A stretch of DNA of 63,229 nucleotides, filler included, from Octopus bimaculoides (lineage: Eukaryota), in NCBI RefSeq assembly GCF_001194135.2. It is 6 parts of 5 records of this genome, joined end to end, with 100 filler letters (N's around TTAATTAATTAA, not from the genome) between each part and the next. Parts side by side here need not be neighbours in the genome. Positions count along the whole stretch, not along the records: positions 24,525 to 51,344 come from NC_068981.1; 5 more parts are not named here. One strand, 5' to 3'. The translations under genes were made by a program, and so were the position numbers. The stretch's first letter is position 1; every line of letters begins with the position of its first letter. Positions 38,519-51,444 of this stretch are shown here, piece after piece. Below the pieces are notes generated by a model, which was not told the DNA's origin, searched no databases, and saw nothing but the letters and a program-made list of their open reading frames with translations.

Positions 38519-39380
38519 TCATCATCATCATTATCATGTCCATACTGACATTGGTTGGACAGTTTGACCAGGGCTGGTAAGTTGAGGGGCTACACCAGAC
38601 TCCACTCTGATTTGGCTGGATGCCCTTCCTAACACTAACCACTCCGAGAGTATACACCAGTATCTGCCATGACTATGATTTCAATTGGCTTCATGGCTCT
38701 TCTACTCAAGCACTGCATATTGTCAAAGGTCTTGGTCATTTGTCATTACCTCTGTGAAGCTCAATGCTTGAAAGGTGCTTTTTAGGTGCCACCCGCATAG
38801 CTGCTAGTTACATGACATCAGCATTGGTCACATTACCTCTGTGAGGCCCAATGCTTGAAAGGTGCTTTTTACGTGCTATTGGCACAGGTGTCAATTACAT
38901 GACACCAGCATCGTTCATGACTACAATTTCACTTGGCTTGGTGGGACTTCTCTAGCACAGCATATCACCAAAGGTCTTGGTCACTAGTCATTGCCTCCAT
39001 GAGGCCCAACGTTTGAAGATTATGCTTCAGCACCTCATCCCATGTCTTCCTGGGTCTACCTCTTCCACAGGTTCCCTCCACAGTCAGAGATCGGCACTTC
39101 TTTGCACAGCTGTCCTTGTCCATATGCATCACATTACCATACCAGTGCAGTTGTCTCTCTTGCACACCACAGTTGATGCCTTTTATGTTCAACTTTTCTC
39201 TCAAGATGTTTACACTCTGTTGTACATGCACACTGACATTGCACATCAAGTGAAGCATACTAGCTTCATTTCTTTCAAGCTTACGCATATCCTCTGCAGT
39301 CACAGCCCATGTTTTACTGTTATCATAGCTGTTTGCACACAAGCATCATACAGTCTGCCTTTCACTCTAGGTATGTCTTC
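38519..39380 (-). mobile_element. 5'-truncated RTE-clade LINE (ORF C-terminus plus 3' UTR, (ATG)n tail)
   Basis: Translation ...TWAVTAEDMRKLERNEASML...LHWYGNVMHM...GRGRPRKTWDEV..., typical of the RTE RT C-terminus. Confidence 0.9.
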
Positions 39381-39815
39381 CATAATTTTCTTTTGGAATA
39401 TTTGGAAGTCTAGTTTTACTGCATTATTATTCTAAATAAGTTTTTATTTTTGTAAATCTGATAGGCATCTCAATCCTTTGTCATCTCGCCTGAAAAGTTC
39501 AGTGTCCTGAGGTCGTTCTTCAGTACTTCATCCCATGTCTTCCATCATTTGGTTTGAATCTTACTGCTCATGGTTATTAGCTTGGTAGTGTCTAGCATGC
39601 AATTTACTAGTGGTGTACACTGCTGGAATGCTAATAAATTAATGTTCTATTTTATCATCCAATCATAAGATTAATTAGGGTAATCACAATTGCTTAATGA
39701 TATGAGGTAGTTCACAATTCCAATCCCTGTAGCAACTTTAGTTACATATGTCACAAGTGAAGAAATATGATAAATGATGATGGAGGGACAATGACAATTC
39801 AAAAAATGCTGAGTG

Positions 39816-40180
39816 GCTGTGGTAAGTAGCTTGCTTGCCAACCACATGGTTCCAGGTTCAGTCCCACTGCATGGCACCTTGGGCAAGTGTCTTCTACTAT
39901 AGCCCCGGGCCGACCAAAGCCTTGTGAATGGATTTGGTAGATGGAAACTGAAAGAAGCCTGTCATATATATATATGTATGTATATGTTTGGGTGTCTGTG
40001 TTTCTCCCACCAACATCGCTTGACAACCAATGCTGATGTGTTTATGCCTCCGTAACTTAGCAGTTCAGCAAAAGAGACCAATAGAATAAGTACAAGGCTT
40101 ACAAAGAATAAGTCCTGGGGTCGATTTATTTGACTAAAGGCGGTGCTCCAGCATGGCCGCAGTCAAATGACTGAAGCAAA
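39816..40180 (+). mobile_element. SINE family A, near full length
   Basis: Head, body, short internal (TA)n and 3' end all present. Confidence 0.9.
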
Positions 40181-40188
40181 TACACGAA

Positions 40189-40372
40189 TAACATGGCAAT
40201 TTATTCACAACCTGTATTACATAAGCTAATATCATTAGCCATTTCTTCAGGCATTTTCAAGCCCTCAGGAAAATGAAACTGATTTCTTTTCCTGATGGTT
40301 CAAAATGCCTGAAGAAATGGCTGGTGATTTTGGACTATGTAATACACTGATTGTGAATAAATTGCAATGCTA
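40189..40372. mobile_element. Fold-back palindromic element (probable MITE), about 184 bp
   Basis: Perfect 21-bp arm AGCCATTTCTTCAGGCATTTT (40237-40257 / 40302-40322), extended by GCAATTTATTCACAA, GTATTACATA and an inner TCAGGAAAA stem. Confidence 0.85.
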
Positions 40373-41278
40373 TTGAAACATATATAGCGTCTGTTGCACT
40401 GTACTGTCATTGCCTGTTATTTTTCATTTATTTTATACACACACACACACACAATCCCAATGCTTGTACTTATTTTATCCCAGAAGAATGAAAGATAGAG
40501 TTGACATGAATGGATTTGAACTTAAAATGTAAAGGAATGAAACTAAGTATTCTTAAGAAAATGGATACTGTTAGGCTTGGCTTTTCATCATTTTGGGTTG
40601 ATAAAATAAGTACTAGTTGTGCACTGGGGATGATGTAATTGACTAACCCTTTCTCTCAAAATTTTGGCCTTGTGCCAAGAGTTATACTATTTTTGTCTCT
40701 TTGCTACTCCCAATGATGAGTGTCATTGTCATTTTAACACTTAATAGTTTTTGCTCTTGCATGGGTTTGGGTTCTCTGCAACACATCTCATCTTAATTCT
40801 GTGTCATTTTATTCAACTTCACTAATTGTTTTAGAATTCCTTTACTCTATCTTTACTGTATCCTCATACTGTTTGTATCACTAACAATTCTATTATCAAA
40901 ATGTAAACATTTTCCTAAGAAGACTTATAAATTGGTAAATAGCTCAGATTTCACTGAACTGATGTAGAAGTGAAGTGATAAAGTTTATAGAGCATTGGGC
41001 TACTAATTTGTAAATCTAGAGTTCAAATCCCGTGGGTAGAACTTGTGTTGTTTTTTATTGTTTTGTAAATTTGGACAATTTGCATGTGGCCAGAGGTAAT
41101 TGCACACGTGCATTGTTACCATATTCCACCTGCAAATACATCTGCACACAGTAATTGGTGCTTTGTGTCAGATATTACTTTGAATACTACAAAATAAACT
41201 GTAAAACCTTTGTTTTTGAACTGGATCCCAAATTTGATTTTATTTTAATGAAATTTCTTGATTTTTATTAATTTCAAG

Positions 41279-41376
41279 ATAATGATGAGGAAAATACACC
41301 TGATGATACGAGAAATAATACCCCTACAAGATCTACATATTTTGAACAGAAAATACAAATACCAGAAACAGAGGAT
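41279..41376 (+). CDS. SLC11A2: Coding exon of an NRAMP/SLC11 family divalent metal transporter (DMT1/Malvolio-like), N-terminal cytoplasmic region
   Basis: Flanked by TTTCAAG| and |GTAAGT. 98 nt (phase 1 to 0) encoding xNDEENTPDDTRNNTPTRSTYFEQKIQIPETED. STYFEQKIQIPE matches the NRAMP motif (human DMT1 ATYFNEKISIPEEE) that precedes FSFRKLWAFTGPG. Only this exon was found, so the family call rests on one short motif. Confidence 0.65.
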
Positions 41377-41472
41377 GTAAGTTCATGTTTAGTGATTCAA
41401 CTTTTGCTTTTGTACCTGCATGCTTTTTCTAATTATTTTTTTCTCCTTCAGGAAACCTGCATTTCAGTTTTT

Positions 41473-41678
41473 TTAACCTTTTAGTACTTAAACCAGCCAT
41501 ATCAGGCCCTAATATTTTACTTGTCTTATGTACAAACTGGTCAGATCAGTCCTCTCACACCTTCTATACAATGTCATTTTAAAAATGAAGTCATGTCATC
41601 AAAATCTCAAAGTTACAAGATAATGCATGATTAATTCAAAATAATGTGAATAGATGAACATTTATGCTAAAGAGTTAA
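41473..41678. mobile_element. piggyBac-type TTAA MITE
   Basis: TTAA-CCTTTTAG...CTAAAGAG-TTAA. Body similar to 35604-35832. A further copy lies at 46158-46381. Confidence 0.8.
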
Positions 41679-41975
41679 TATATATATATATTCCTAATCT
41701 TGCGGGCCCGTGGGTGCCAGTTCTATGTAAAGGCACCAGTACACTTTGTAAAGTGGTTGGTGTTAGGAAGGGTATCCAGCCATAGAAACGATGCCAAAAC
41801 AGACATGGAGCCTGGGAAGTCCCAGTTGACCAGCTCCTGTTAAATTGTCCAACCCATGCCAGTATGGAAAATGGACATGAAATGATGATGATGATATTGG
41901 AAAATAAATGAATTATTCAAGAAAAAATTGTAAAAAAAAAAAAAGAAAAAAAAGAAATCCGAGTAAAGTTTTAGT

Positions 41976-41979
<4 letters not shown>

Positions 41980-42029
<50 letters not shown>

Positions 42030-42400
42030 TAATGTCCACCTTCCATGCTGGCATGAGTTGGACTGTTTGACAGGAGCCGGCCAAGCAGAAGTCTGCACCA
42101 GACTTCTGTGATTGTTTTGACAGGGTTTTTACAGCTGGATGCCCTTCCACTTAGCAGAGTGGATTTAGTGCTTTTTATGTGGCACAAGCACAGGTGAGGT
42201 CAGTTTTGGCAAGGTTTTTACAGCTGGATGCCCTTCCAAATGCCAACCACTTTACAGTGTGGACTGGATGCTTTTTAAGTGGCACCTGCGCTGACAGGTT
42301 CACCAAGTATCTTCCAAGACAAAAAAAAATTCTTGTGAGAGGGGAGTGAGCATTGGAGAAGGTAATCTTGTGTCAGATGATGAAAAGTAGAGGACGTACA
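41980..42400 (-). mobile_element. RTE LINE-related 3' end with long (CAT)n tail
   Basis: (CAT)n followed by TTCCATGCTGGCATG...CAGCTGGATGCCCTTCC, shared with other RTE ends. Confidence 0.75.
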
Positions 42401-45400
42401 AGGTTACCAGGCCAGAGAGAGAGAGATCAAGAATGAAGATAGAAACAGGTGTGCTGCTGCAAAGGAGTTACATGGTTACCCAACCTGAGAGAAGAGCAGG
42501 AGAAGGAGAGAGAGAGAGTGGGAGACAGCATGATGGAGATGGTGGCAAAATGCTGGGCATATTCACAAGGGACAGGGATCAAAATATAAATGGGATGGTT
42601 GAGTAAAGGAAGAGAGAGATATAGATGGTAGCAGGTGCCAGGGCATACCCTTGAGGTTTGAATGTTATAATATAAGTGGCAGGATATTGTGAAAGAAGCG
42701 TGATTAGAGAGGGCAGAGCAGGAGTGGGAAGTGAGTGGCAAAAATCTGGGTACATATAGAGTGGTGGTGGTAGTGGTGGTGGTGGGGCTACTGGATAGCA
42801 ATGATACAGAAAAACAGGGCCATGAGGATAGGATTGAGGCGTGAGAGGTAGGCATAGTGTATGAAGGGGAAATGTGAGGAAGAGAAGAGATGTAGATTGG
42901 TTTGTTGAGGTAGGGCGTGTGTAAAAGTTTTCTTGTTATGTGCAGGTAGAATACGCGAGTCGGGGGCTAGTGGATAGCTTGTATCATGTAGATACTTTTA
43001 CATGTATTAAAAATAGATTAAAAAAATTTAATTAAAGACAAATTAGAAAAAAAAATCTAGTTTTATTTTTCGAATCATTGAGAAATATCAGTAGTGCAGT
43101 AAAAAGAGTAGGATCTGAGGAAACTAGGATTATCTTTGCTGGAAAATATTGTGTAAACAGTTTAAAATCGTAATAACTCTGAGTAGAAGAATAAACATTA
43201 GACTTAACCCCCTCCTCCAGCATGCAAATTTACTTCACTTCTGCTGAAAGACCTTTATTCATAATATCTCCTTGCAGATGCCCTTTGAGGCTTGCAGTCA
43301 TTTTGCATTTGATGCAACAGAAAATTATTAGAATAATAGCATCCATCAACCTGGTCACCATTTCATATCTAGGGCTGCTAATCTGTGTTGTAAATCCAGG
43401 CAACTCTAAACTAGCATTGCTCCAAAAAGGTCATAAGTGACATAAACCAGTTCATCACAAAGAAGAGAGGCAAGATCTCACATTTTGATCAGAAATGTCA
43501 AATAGATCTCCTCTTCCTTCTACTTTCAAACTATCATGTCACTTCATATGAAAAAATTATTCCATATTCTTTATTGTAGTCATGTTGTTTACCATCTTGT
43601 GTTTCTCCATCATCATCATCTTTAATGTCTATGTTCCATGCTGGCATGGGTTGGATCTCCTACTGCAAACTCATTGCTTGCTTTTACCCATCATTCTATT
43701 ATCAAATGCTCCTTATGTGTCAATACTAGAGTAATAATCTCACATCTTTATTGCTCATCCCTTTCCTTGAAATACATCTGCATGAACTTTGTGAATTAGA
43801 CATCTAAGTGATCCATAGAGTGAAAATTCACCTCATATTTGTCACTAGCTAGTATATAGCTTTTAAGCTACTGACCCCAAATAGGAAGATCTGCAAACAG
43901 ATAGAAGTAGTAGTAGTGGTGGTGGTGGTGGTGGTATTTTCATTTCCTTTTTCTTCATTGGCTACAAACTTTAGCTGTTTGAACATGAAAATCACCATTT
44001 CGATGAGACAGTCGTTGCTGAGTCATATTCCATTGATGATCATATTCGTCACAAAAAATCATGTAAAATGAATCACCAAAAATAATTGCTGGATTTTGCA
44101 ATTAATTTCAATTATTTCCAAAATTTATTTCGCAAAAACCACGTAAAAAAATCACCAAAAACGATCACAGTAATGAAAACTTGGGAATCCCAAATTTCAG
44201 GATTGCGGGTCCAGATTCAGCCTGGAATGTTTTTAATTTACTCATGGAGTCTGCATTTAGATTTTAAAAATTGTTATTGTACAAAAAAATTTGTTGCAAA
44301 AAATCACATTAAAAAAATCGCCATAAACAAATCACAGTAATGAAAACTTGGGAATCCAAAATTTCAGGATTGTGGGTCTGGATTCAGCCGGGAATCTATT
44401 CTATAATGGAGAAAGCTGCTTATTAATTAGGTATGTACCAATTACTAAAAGTTCTAAAAGAAAGCAATTATTAAAGAGTTGACCATCTGGAAATATTTTT
44501 ATGAATTCATGTTCTGAGAAATTTCCTTTGATTTTGATTTCTCGAGTCTATTGAATTTTTTAACTCCAATTTCTCGCAAATTTAAATATTCATTGCATTC
44601 ACTGCATCCAATTCTTTACTAATTTAAATATTCATTGCATTCTCTGCAGTCGGGGGCATATACATCTGTAGCAATGCCCTTTTATTTATACGATTTTTTT
44701 CATTTCATGTTTATTTCATTCATTATTTGCAATTTTCTCTCTCTCACACACACACACACACACGCACACTACAAAATTTACAGATGGGCTGCTGAACTGT
44801 AATCTATATTCCATTTTCATTTGCCAAGTCTCTCTCTTTCTCTTTTAATATTTTTCTTTCAAATTTTAATTCGCTATTTGGAAAACTGACAGTTTATTCT
44901 ATTAATGTATATGTAATGTAAAAACATTATTTATTGAATGAAAATTTTTTAAAATACCTGTATAATTTTTGTAAAAAAAAAATTTAAGTGATTTTGTTGT
45001 TATGACTGTTTGGAACGCTCTAAGCCTTACAGTAATAACAACACTTGCTGTGAAGACTTTTTACTTTTAACAATGTACTGTCAAGCTTCTCATTCTGTTA
45101 GCTGCATCTGAAGATTACTTGTTCAATTTCTTAGTCATTATGACTACTGGGCTAAGTGTTTTTTTTTTAGTAACTCAGAATCCTTATACTCACTGCTTCA
45201 CTTGACATACGCCTTCTTTTTTTAAGCCATTATGAGGCTTATTATATCGTGTTATCTTGTTGGCTGAAATTGACTGCTTCAGCAAGACTAGTTTTCCGGC
45301 TTTGTACTATGGGATTAATATCCAGTACCAGACTAAAGAACCTGTAAAAATTAGTAAGTGCAACCGAATATATTCATGTCTTGCTATGTTATTCCTGTCT

Positions 45401-45546
45401 GACTGAAGGTTTAAATTTTGATTGTCTGTACCCTGTGAATTTTCTTGCATTACACGTTTCTTCAGCGTTGTTGTGAAACTGTAAATAAAAGTGTCACATT
45501 TTGAACTTGAATATAACCCATTGCCTTCTGATTCTTTCCGTGTAGC

Positions 45547-45778
45547 ATCTTCTTCTTAATCCCTTTTGCCCCTTGTGGAGCATAGGGCCTCAACAGTTAT
45601 TTTCCATTTTTTGTGGTCATTGGCGTGTTTCTTAGCTGTGTCCCATGTCAGGCCGGTGATCCTGAGCTCATCCAAAATGCTCCGCTTCCATGTCTCCTTC
45701 AGGCCTCCTCGCTTCCTTTTCCCCTGCGGGTTCTAGTCAGGTACTTGTCGTGTCACATTTGAGAGTTCTTTCCGCGAT
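45547..45778 (-). mobile_element. 3' end of a second RTE-like LINE family
   Basis: Minus translation NPQGKRKRGGLKETWKRSILDELRITGLTW...W...VEALCS, then stop and (GAA)n tail. Confidence 0.75.
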
Positions 45779-47389
45779 ATGTGTCCGATCCATCTCCATA
45801 TCTGTCAAACATTTATTTTTGCTAAAGTTCTCAGCACACTCTGTGAAGTGGCTGGTGTTATGAAGGGCATCTAGCTGTGGAAACCAAGTCATATCAGACT
45901 GGAAACTGGTGCAGCTCTCCAGCTTTCCAGCCCTGGTCAAATCGTCCAACCCATGCTAGCATGGAAAACTGATGTTAAATGATGATGGTGATTATGGTAC
46001 GCATACTTATTAAATTCATCTCCAATTATCAAAACCTTTTTAGTTTGTATTAGTACAAATTGTTGCTTGACTGTCTATCAACAACAAAATGAAAGCAAAC
46101 TGAACAGTATACTTTCATGTCAATACAATCTTTAATAGACTCTTTAGAAAATGTGTTTTAACCCTTTAATATTCAGATTACTCCATCAAATGTAGCGCTT
46201 GTTTGTTAGCATTGTTTTGAACTAATCATGTTCTATCTCATAATATTGAGATTTTGATGATGTGATTGTTTATTTTTTAAATGACATTGTAGGATTAGTG
46301 TGAGAGGCCAGATCTAACCTGTTTGAAAATAAGACAGAATATTTTGGCCAGATACAGCCAGTTCAAATGTTACAGGATTAAGATATTAATTCCTTTTAAC
46401 TACAGGAAAACCTAAAAACCCTATTTAAATCTTTCCTTGCCAATCACTGTAGATTTTTTTATATTCATCACTGGGTCAGGTTGCTTGTCTGTAACCTGTA
46501 ATTGTTTCTCAACCACCCAGTTTACAGTATGGGAAGGGGATGTGGGTACACAGCAGGATTAAATACAGAACCTGTCAAATTGAAGAAGAGCTTCTCATAC
46601 AATTGCAGACATAGCTGCATGGTTAAGAAGCTCGTGTTTGGTTTTGGATTCAGTCCCACTGCATGGCACTTCAGTGAAGTGTCTTCTGTTATAGCCTTGC
46701 ACTAACCAATGTCTTGTGAGTGAATTTAGTAGACAGAAACTGTGTGAAAGTCCATCATTATATATATATATATATATCATGTGCATGTATGTGTGTCTTT
46801 GTGTTTGTACCCCACTCCACTACTTGACAATCAGTTTTGGTTTGTTTATGTCCTTGTAACTTAGCAGTTTGGCAAAAGAGACCAATAGAATAAAAGAACT
46901 GAAATAGGGACTTGCTTCACCAAATTATCTTCCAATTGAAATTCATCCGAATGATGCAGTATCATGTAGAATTTCAATTCAAATATACCAGAAAGATGAA
47001 TTTGGAATGTTCCACCTTATTTTCTGCATCTACAACCTTCAGAGACAATAGGTTTTTATAGCAATGATGAGAACATTATTCTTCTCATATATGCCTTTCA
47101 CATGAGAAATAAATTGTTTCTTGGATCTTCTCCTACCCACTTCCAATCCTTAGCCATTAGGCTATATCTAGCACCAGCCACAGTATTGATCATATCAGCT
47201 AGGTAAAAGAATTGAACTACTTACAGCAAGTCATGAGAGCAGATTGCGATCTTTATCCCATGCTGTTAACTCCACTATTGCAGCTGGCATTGAGAAACAG
47301 GAAGAAAGGTTTCTATGATCCAGCTCTTTTTTTTTTTTTTAACTATAAAACCCACCAGTATGGTTTGAAATTGATCTTTGCATTTCTTT

Positions 47390-47420
<31 letters not shown>

Positions 47421-47607
47421 ACTCATTCACTTTTCTCTGCAAATTTAACATAACAATTGTTATTTCACCTGCTAGCTATGTAGCTTAAATGATTATCTTA
47501 TCAATGCATTCGGATCTATTTCTTAATATCAGGACAGTTTACATCAATATTCATATCATTTAGACCATCATACAAAATCCTTTTGATGATATATTTCTTC
47601 TTTGTAA

Positions 47608-48600
47608 TCATCATCATCATCATCATCGTTTAACGTCTGCTTTCCATGCTAGCATGGGTTGGACGATTTGACTGAGGACTGGTGAAACCGGATGGCAACA
47701 CCAGGCTCCAGTCTGATTTGGCAGAGTTTCTACAGCTGGATGCCCTTCCTAACGCCAACCACTCAGAGAGTGTAGTGGGTGCTTTTACGTGTCACCCGCA
47801 CGAAAACGGCCACGCTCGAAATGGTGTCTTTTATGTGCCNNNNNNNNNNNNNNNNNNNNNNNNNNNNNNNNNNNNNNNNNNNNNNNNNNNNNNNNNNNNN
47901 NNNNNNNNNNNNNNNNNNNNNNNNNNNNNNNNNNNNNNNNNNNNNNNNNNNNNNNNNNNNNNNNNNNNNNNNNNNNNNNNNNNNNNNNNNNNNNNNNNNN
48001 NNNNNNNNNNNNNNNNNNNNNNNNNNNNNNNNNNNNNNNNNNNNNNNNNNNNNNNNNNNNNNNNNNNNNNNNNNNNNNNNNNNNNNNNNNNNNNNNNNNN
48101 NNNNNNNNNNNNNNNNNNNNNNNNNNNNNNNNNNNNNNNNNNNNNNNNNNNNNNNNNNNNNNNNNNNNNNNNNNNNNNNNNNNNNNNNNNNNNNNNNNNN
48201 NNNNNNNNNNNNNNNNNNNNNNNNNNNNNNNNNNNNNNNNNNNNNNNNNNNNCAGCGCAATCGTCTCTCTTGCACGCCACAACTGATGCTTCTAATGTTC
48301 AGCTTTTCTCTCAAGATACTTACACTCTGACGGGTATTCACATTGACATTACACATCCAACGGAGCATACTGGCTTCATTCCTTGCGAGCTTACGTATGT
48401 CCTCAGCAGTTACAGCCCATGTTTCACTGCCATGTAGCATGGTTGTTCGTACGCATGCGTCATACAGTCTGCCTTTTACTCTGAGTGAGAGTCCCTTTGT
48501 CGCCAGCAGGGGTAAGAGCTCTCTAAACTTTGCCCAGGCTATTCTTATTCTTGCAGCTACACTTTCAGCGCACCCACCCCCACTACTAACAATATGTCCT
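47608..48600 (-). mobile_element. 5'-truncated RTE LINE spanning an N gap
   Basis: RIRIAWAKFRELLPLL...LYDACVRTTMLHGSETWAVTAED...QERRLR, with the 3' UTR and (ATG)n tail on the other side of the gap. Confidence 0.92.
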
Positions 48601-48849
48601 GTATTACAACCAATATGGTTTCATCTGTCTTAGAAGCACAAAATAGTCAGTGATCAAATCTCTGAATCAAATCTTTATATATATAAAAACATGGCTAGAG
48701 TTATGAAGCAACTATAGCAAAATTCAAACTAATAAATTTGAGATTCCTCCAATTAAACTTAAGGTATGCCATGTGACCCATGCAAGAAAGCATGGAAAAT
48801 GGATATTGAAATGATGATGAGGATTTATATATATATATATATATATATA

Positions 48850-49143
48850 TCATCATCATCATCATCGTCGTTTAACGTCCGCTTTCCATGCTAGCATGGG
48901 TTGGACGATTTGACTGAGGACTGGTGAAACCAGATGGCTACACCAGGCTCCAATCTGATTTGGCAGAGTTTCTACAGCTGGATGCCCTTCCTAGCGCCAA
49001 CCACTCAGAGAGTGTAGTGGGTGCTTTTACGTGTCACCCGCACGAAGGCCAGTCAGGCGGTACTGGCAACGGCCACGCTCAAAATGGTGTATTTTATGTG
49101 CCACCCGCACAAGAGCCAGTCCAGGGGCACTGGCAACGATCTC
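48850..49143 (-). mobile_element. RTE LINE 3' UTR fragment
   Basis: Near-identical to 38085-38358 and 47610-47840. Confidence 0.88.
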
Positions 49144-49241
49144 GTGGTGGTGGTGGTTTTGGTGTGTCTCTTATATATATCTATATATATCTATATATAT
49201 ATATATCTATATATATATCTATATATATATATTTATATATA

Positions 49242-51065
49242 TCTATATATATAAAATTCACGATTGTGTTTCCTCTATGCACAGCCAAACTGCTCAATCT
49301 GTATCAAATTTGGCATGAAGGTTTTTCGTTACTCAGGGAAGGTTCTAGTGGAGTCAAATTTTGGCCCTTGCCCATATAGGGGGGCTGTAGCCCCACCATA
49401 CGACCCTTCCAATTTTTATTTTTCAGTGGTATAATACCAAATTTGCATGAATGTTTTTCATTACTTGGGGAAGGTTGTAGGGGGCTCAAATCTTAGTCCT
49501 TGCCCATATAGGGGGCTGTAGCCCACCCTGTATGAACCTTCCAATTTTCTTTTACAGTGGTATAATAGTTTCACTGTTATTCTTTCACTTTTCATAAGAC
49601 TATAATATTGTTTCACTTTTCTTCTTTCACTAATTGTTTCACTTGTATTTTTACTGTATGTATGTGTGTTTGTTTCCCCTATGCACGGCCAGACCGCTGC
49701 ATTAATTGTACCAAATTTGGCAGTCTGGAAATTATGTTGGTTTTGTTTTATTGCTTTAAAGGTAAACGATTCTGAAATGCTTTTTAATTGTGATAATGAA
49801 ACGAGGTTTGAACAAAAAGAAACAGCAAGGTTTCTAAATAATGAAAGGTCTTCATACGGACACACGCTTATATGCTGTAGGATATCTTTCAATTTATACA
49901 ATAAACTTTATAAATTTTAAAGTTCAATATTCTCATGACTAAAGTTAGAAATATCAACATGAGTTATTCAAATAATTGTTCAAAATTAGCTAGAGTACAC
50001 TCGATATTCCATATTTAAATCTGTTGTGACTATTTCTACTTGGATATTGATCCTACCTCAGATTCGAAATTGAATCAACAATTTCTCCCTAGGCATTTGG
50101 CCTATTGTTCTGTTAAGGAGTAACACAGATTTATGTGTTCCCCACTTCACTCTTAATCTTTTCTATGCCATGAAAAGTTGAAATAGATAATGATTGGCCT
50201 ACATTAATTTATCCATTGTTAGAGTGGTATACCTCTTTTTCTTCCTGCTCTGCATAAGCATGGCATCTATAAAATTCACTCTGTGTGTGTGTTTCCTCTA
50301 TGCACAGCCAAACTGCTGGATCAATCTATACCAAATTTGGCAGGAAGGTTTTTCATTACTCAGGGAAAGTTCTAGCAGGGGTCACTAAATTTTTAACTTT
50401 TTTTCAAAAACAGAAATATGTTTTACATACCTGTCATTTCTGTCAATTTTGTTTCTTCACTTTAAAGGTAAACAGTTCTGATAGAAGCAAACATGATATT
50501 GAATAATTCTCTGTCATACATCTACGACCCCACTTCTTTTTTTTTTTTAAAGTAAAGATAAATGCTTTTTTAATTGTGATAATGAAACGAGATTTAGTCA
50601 TTTCCTCCAAAATTCATTTCTCTTGGGAAATATAAGGGTGACGATGTCTTCATTCCATGGATCCCATTAATTCCATCTGATGTCCCCTATGAATTTAAAC
50701 GGCCCAGGTTCCCAGTGAAACTAAATTTTGCTATGTCCATAAACAAATCTCAAGCACAATCTCTCAACGTTGTTGGACTTAATCTTGCTTCTCTCATGGG
50801 CAATTATATGTAGGATGTTCACAAGTTGGAAGTCCCAAAACTCTTTTCCTTTGTACACCAAATAAAGGACACACTGAAAACATTGTATATTTAGAAGTTC
50901 TACAAAGTTCAACAGTGATTGATTTCAGGATTTGTTTTAATAACTTCGTTTATATTCATGTCATCTGATAGAATTTTTCTGAAAATATTTTTTTTATCTG
51001 AATAAATATATTTATTTCCTTTCACATTCTTTGAACTTCTGAGCAATGCCTGTAACTTAGGCTAG
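49242..51065 (+). mobile_element. Non-autonomous Helitron with a PIF1-like helicase C-terminal remnant (50620-50915)
   Basis: 5' A|TCTATATATATAAAA and 3' CTAG|T termini. Translation GDDVFIPWIPLIPSDVPYEFKRPRFPVKLNFAMSINKSQAQSL / SHGQLYVGCSQVG matches Helitron helicase motifs V-VI. Confidence 0.9.
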
Positions 51066-51074
51066 TATATATAC

Positions 51075-51106
<32 letters not shown>

Positions 51107-51110
<4 letters not shown>

Positions 51111-51344
51111 GGGCCTTAGAGTCAACCTAGCTAAAACCAAAATCCTAATAAGTAGGAAGGTAGATAAAACACAAACCCCTTCAGGTAGATGGCCCTGCTC
51201 AGTATGTAGAAAAGGAGTAGGTAGTAACTCTATAAGATGTACCCGGTGCAAGCTATGGACACATAAGAGGTGCAGCAACATCAAAGGCAGGTTAACTAGC
51301 AAGTTAGTTTTTGTTTGTGGCAGATGTTCAGGTGCAATAAAGAC
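51107..51344 (+). mobile_element. RTE LINE ORF fragment (RT C-terminus plus Cys-rich insert), cut by the scaffold end
   Basis: KGLRVNLAKTK...WPCSVCRKGVGSNSIRCTRCKLWTHKRCS...FVCGRC. Confidence 0.85.
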
Positions 51345-51444
51345 NNNNNNNNNNNNNNNNNNNNNNNNNNNNNNNNNNNNNNNNNNNNTTAATTAATTAA
51401 NNNNNNNNNNNNNNNNNNNNNNNNNNNNNNNNNNNNNNNNNNNN
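51345..51444. other. Artificial scaffold spacer
   Basis: TTAATTAATTAA at 51389-51400 between N runs. Confidence 0.97.

Noticed and set aside
43222-43440. NPGN in a 72-aa ORF as the NRAMP DPGN motif exon
   Set aside because: The surrounding residues do not match [21 protein letters not shown].
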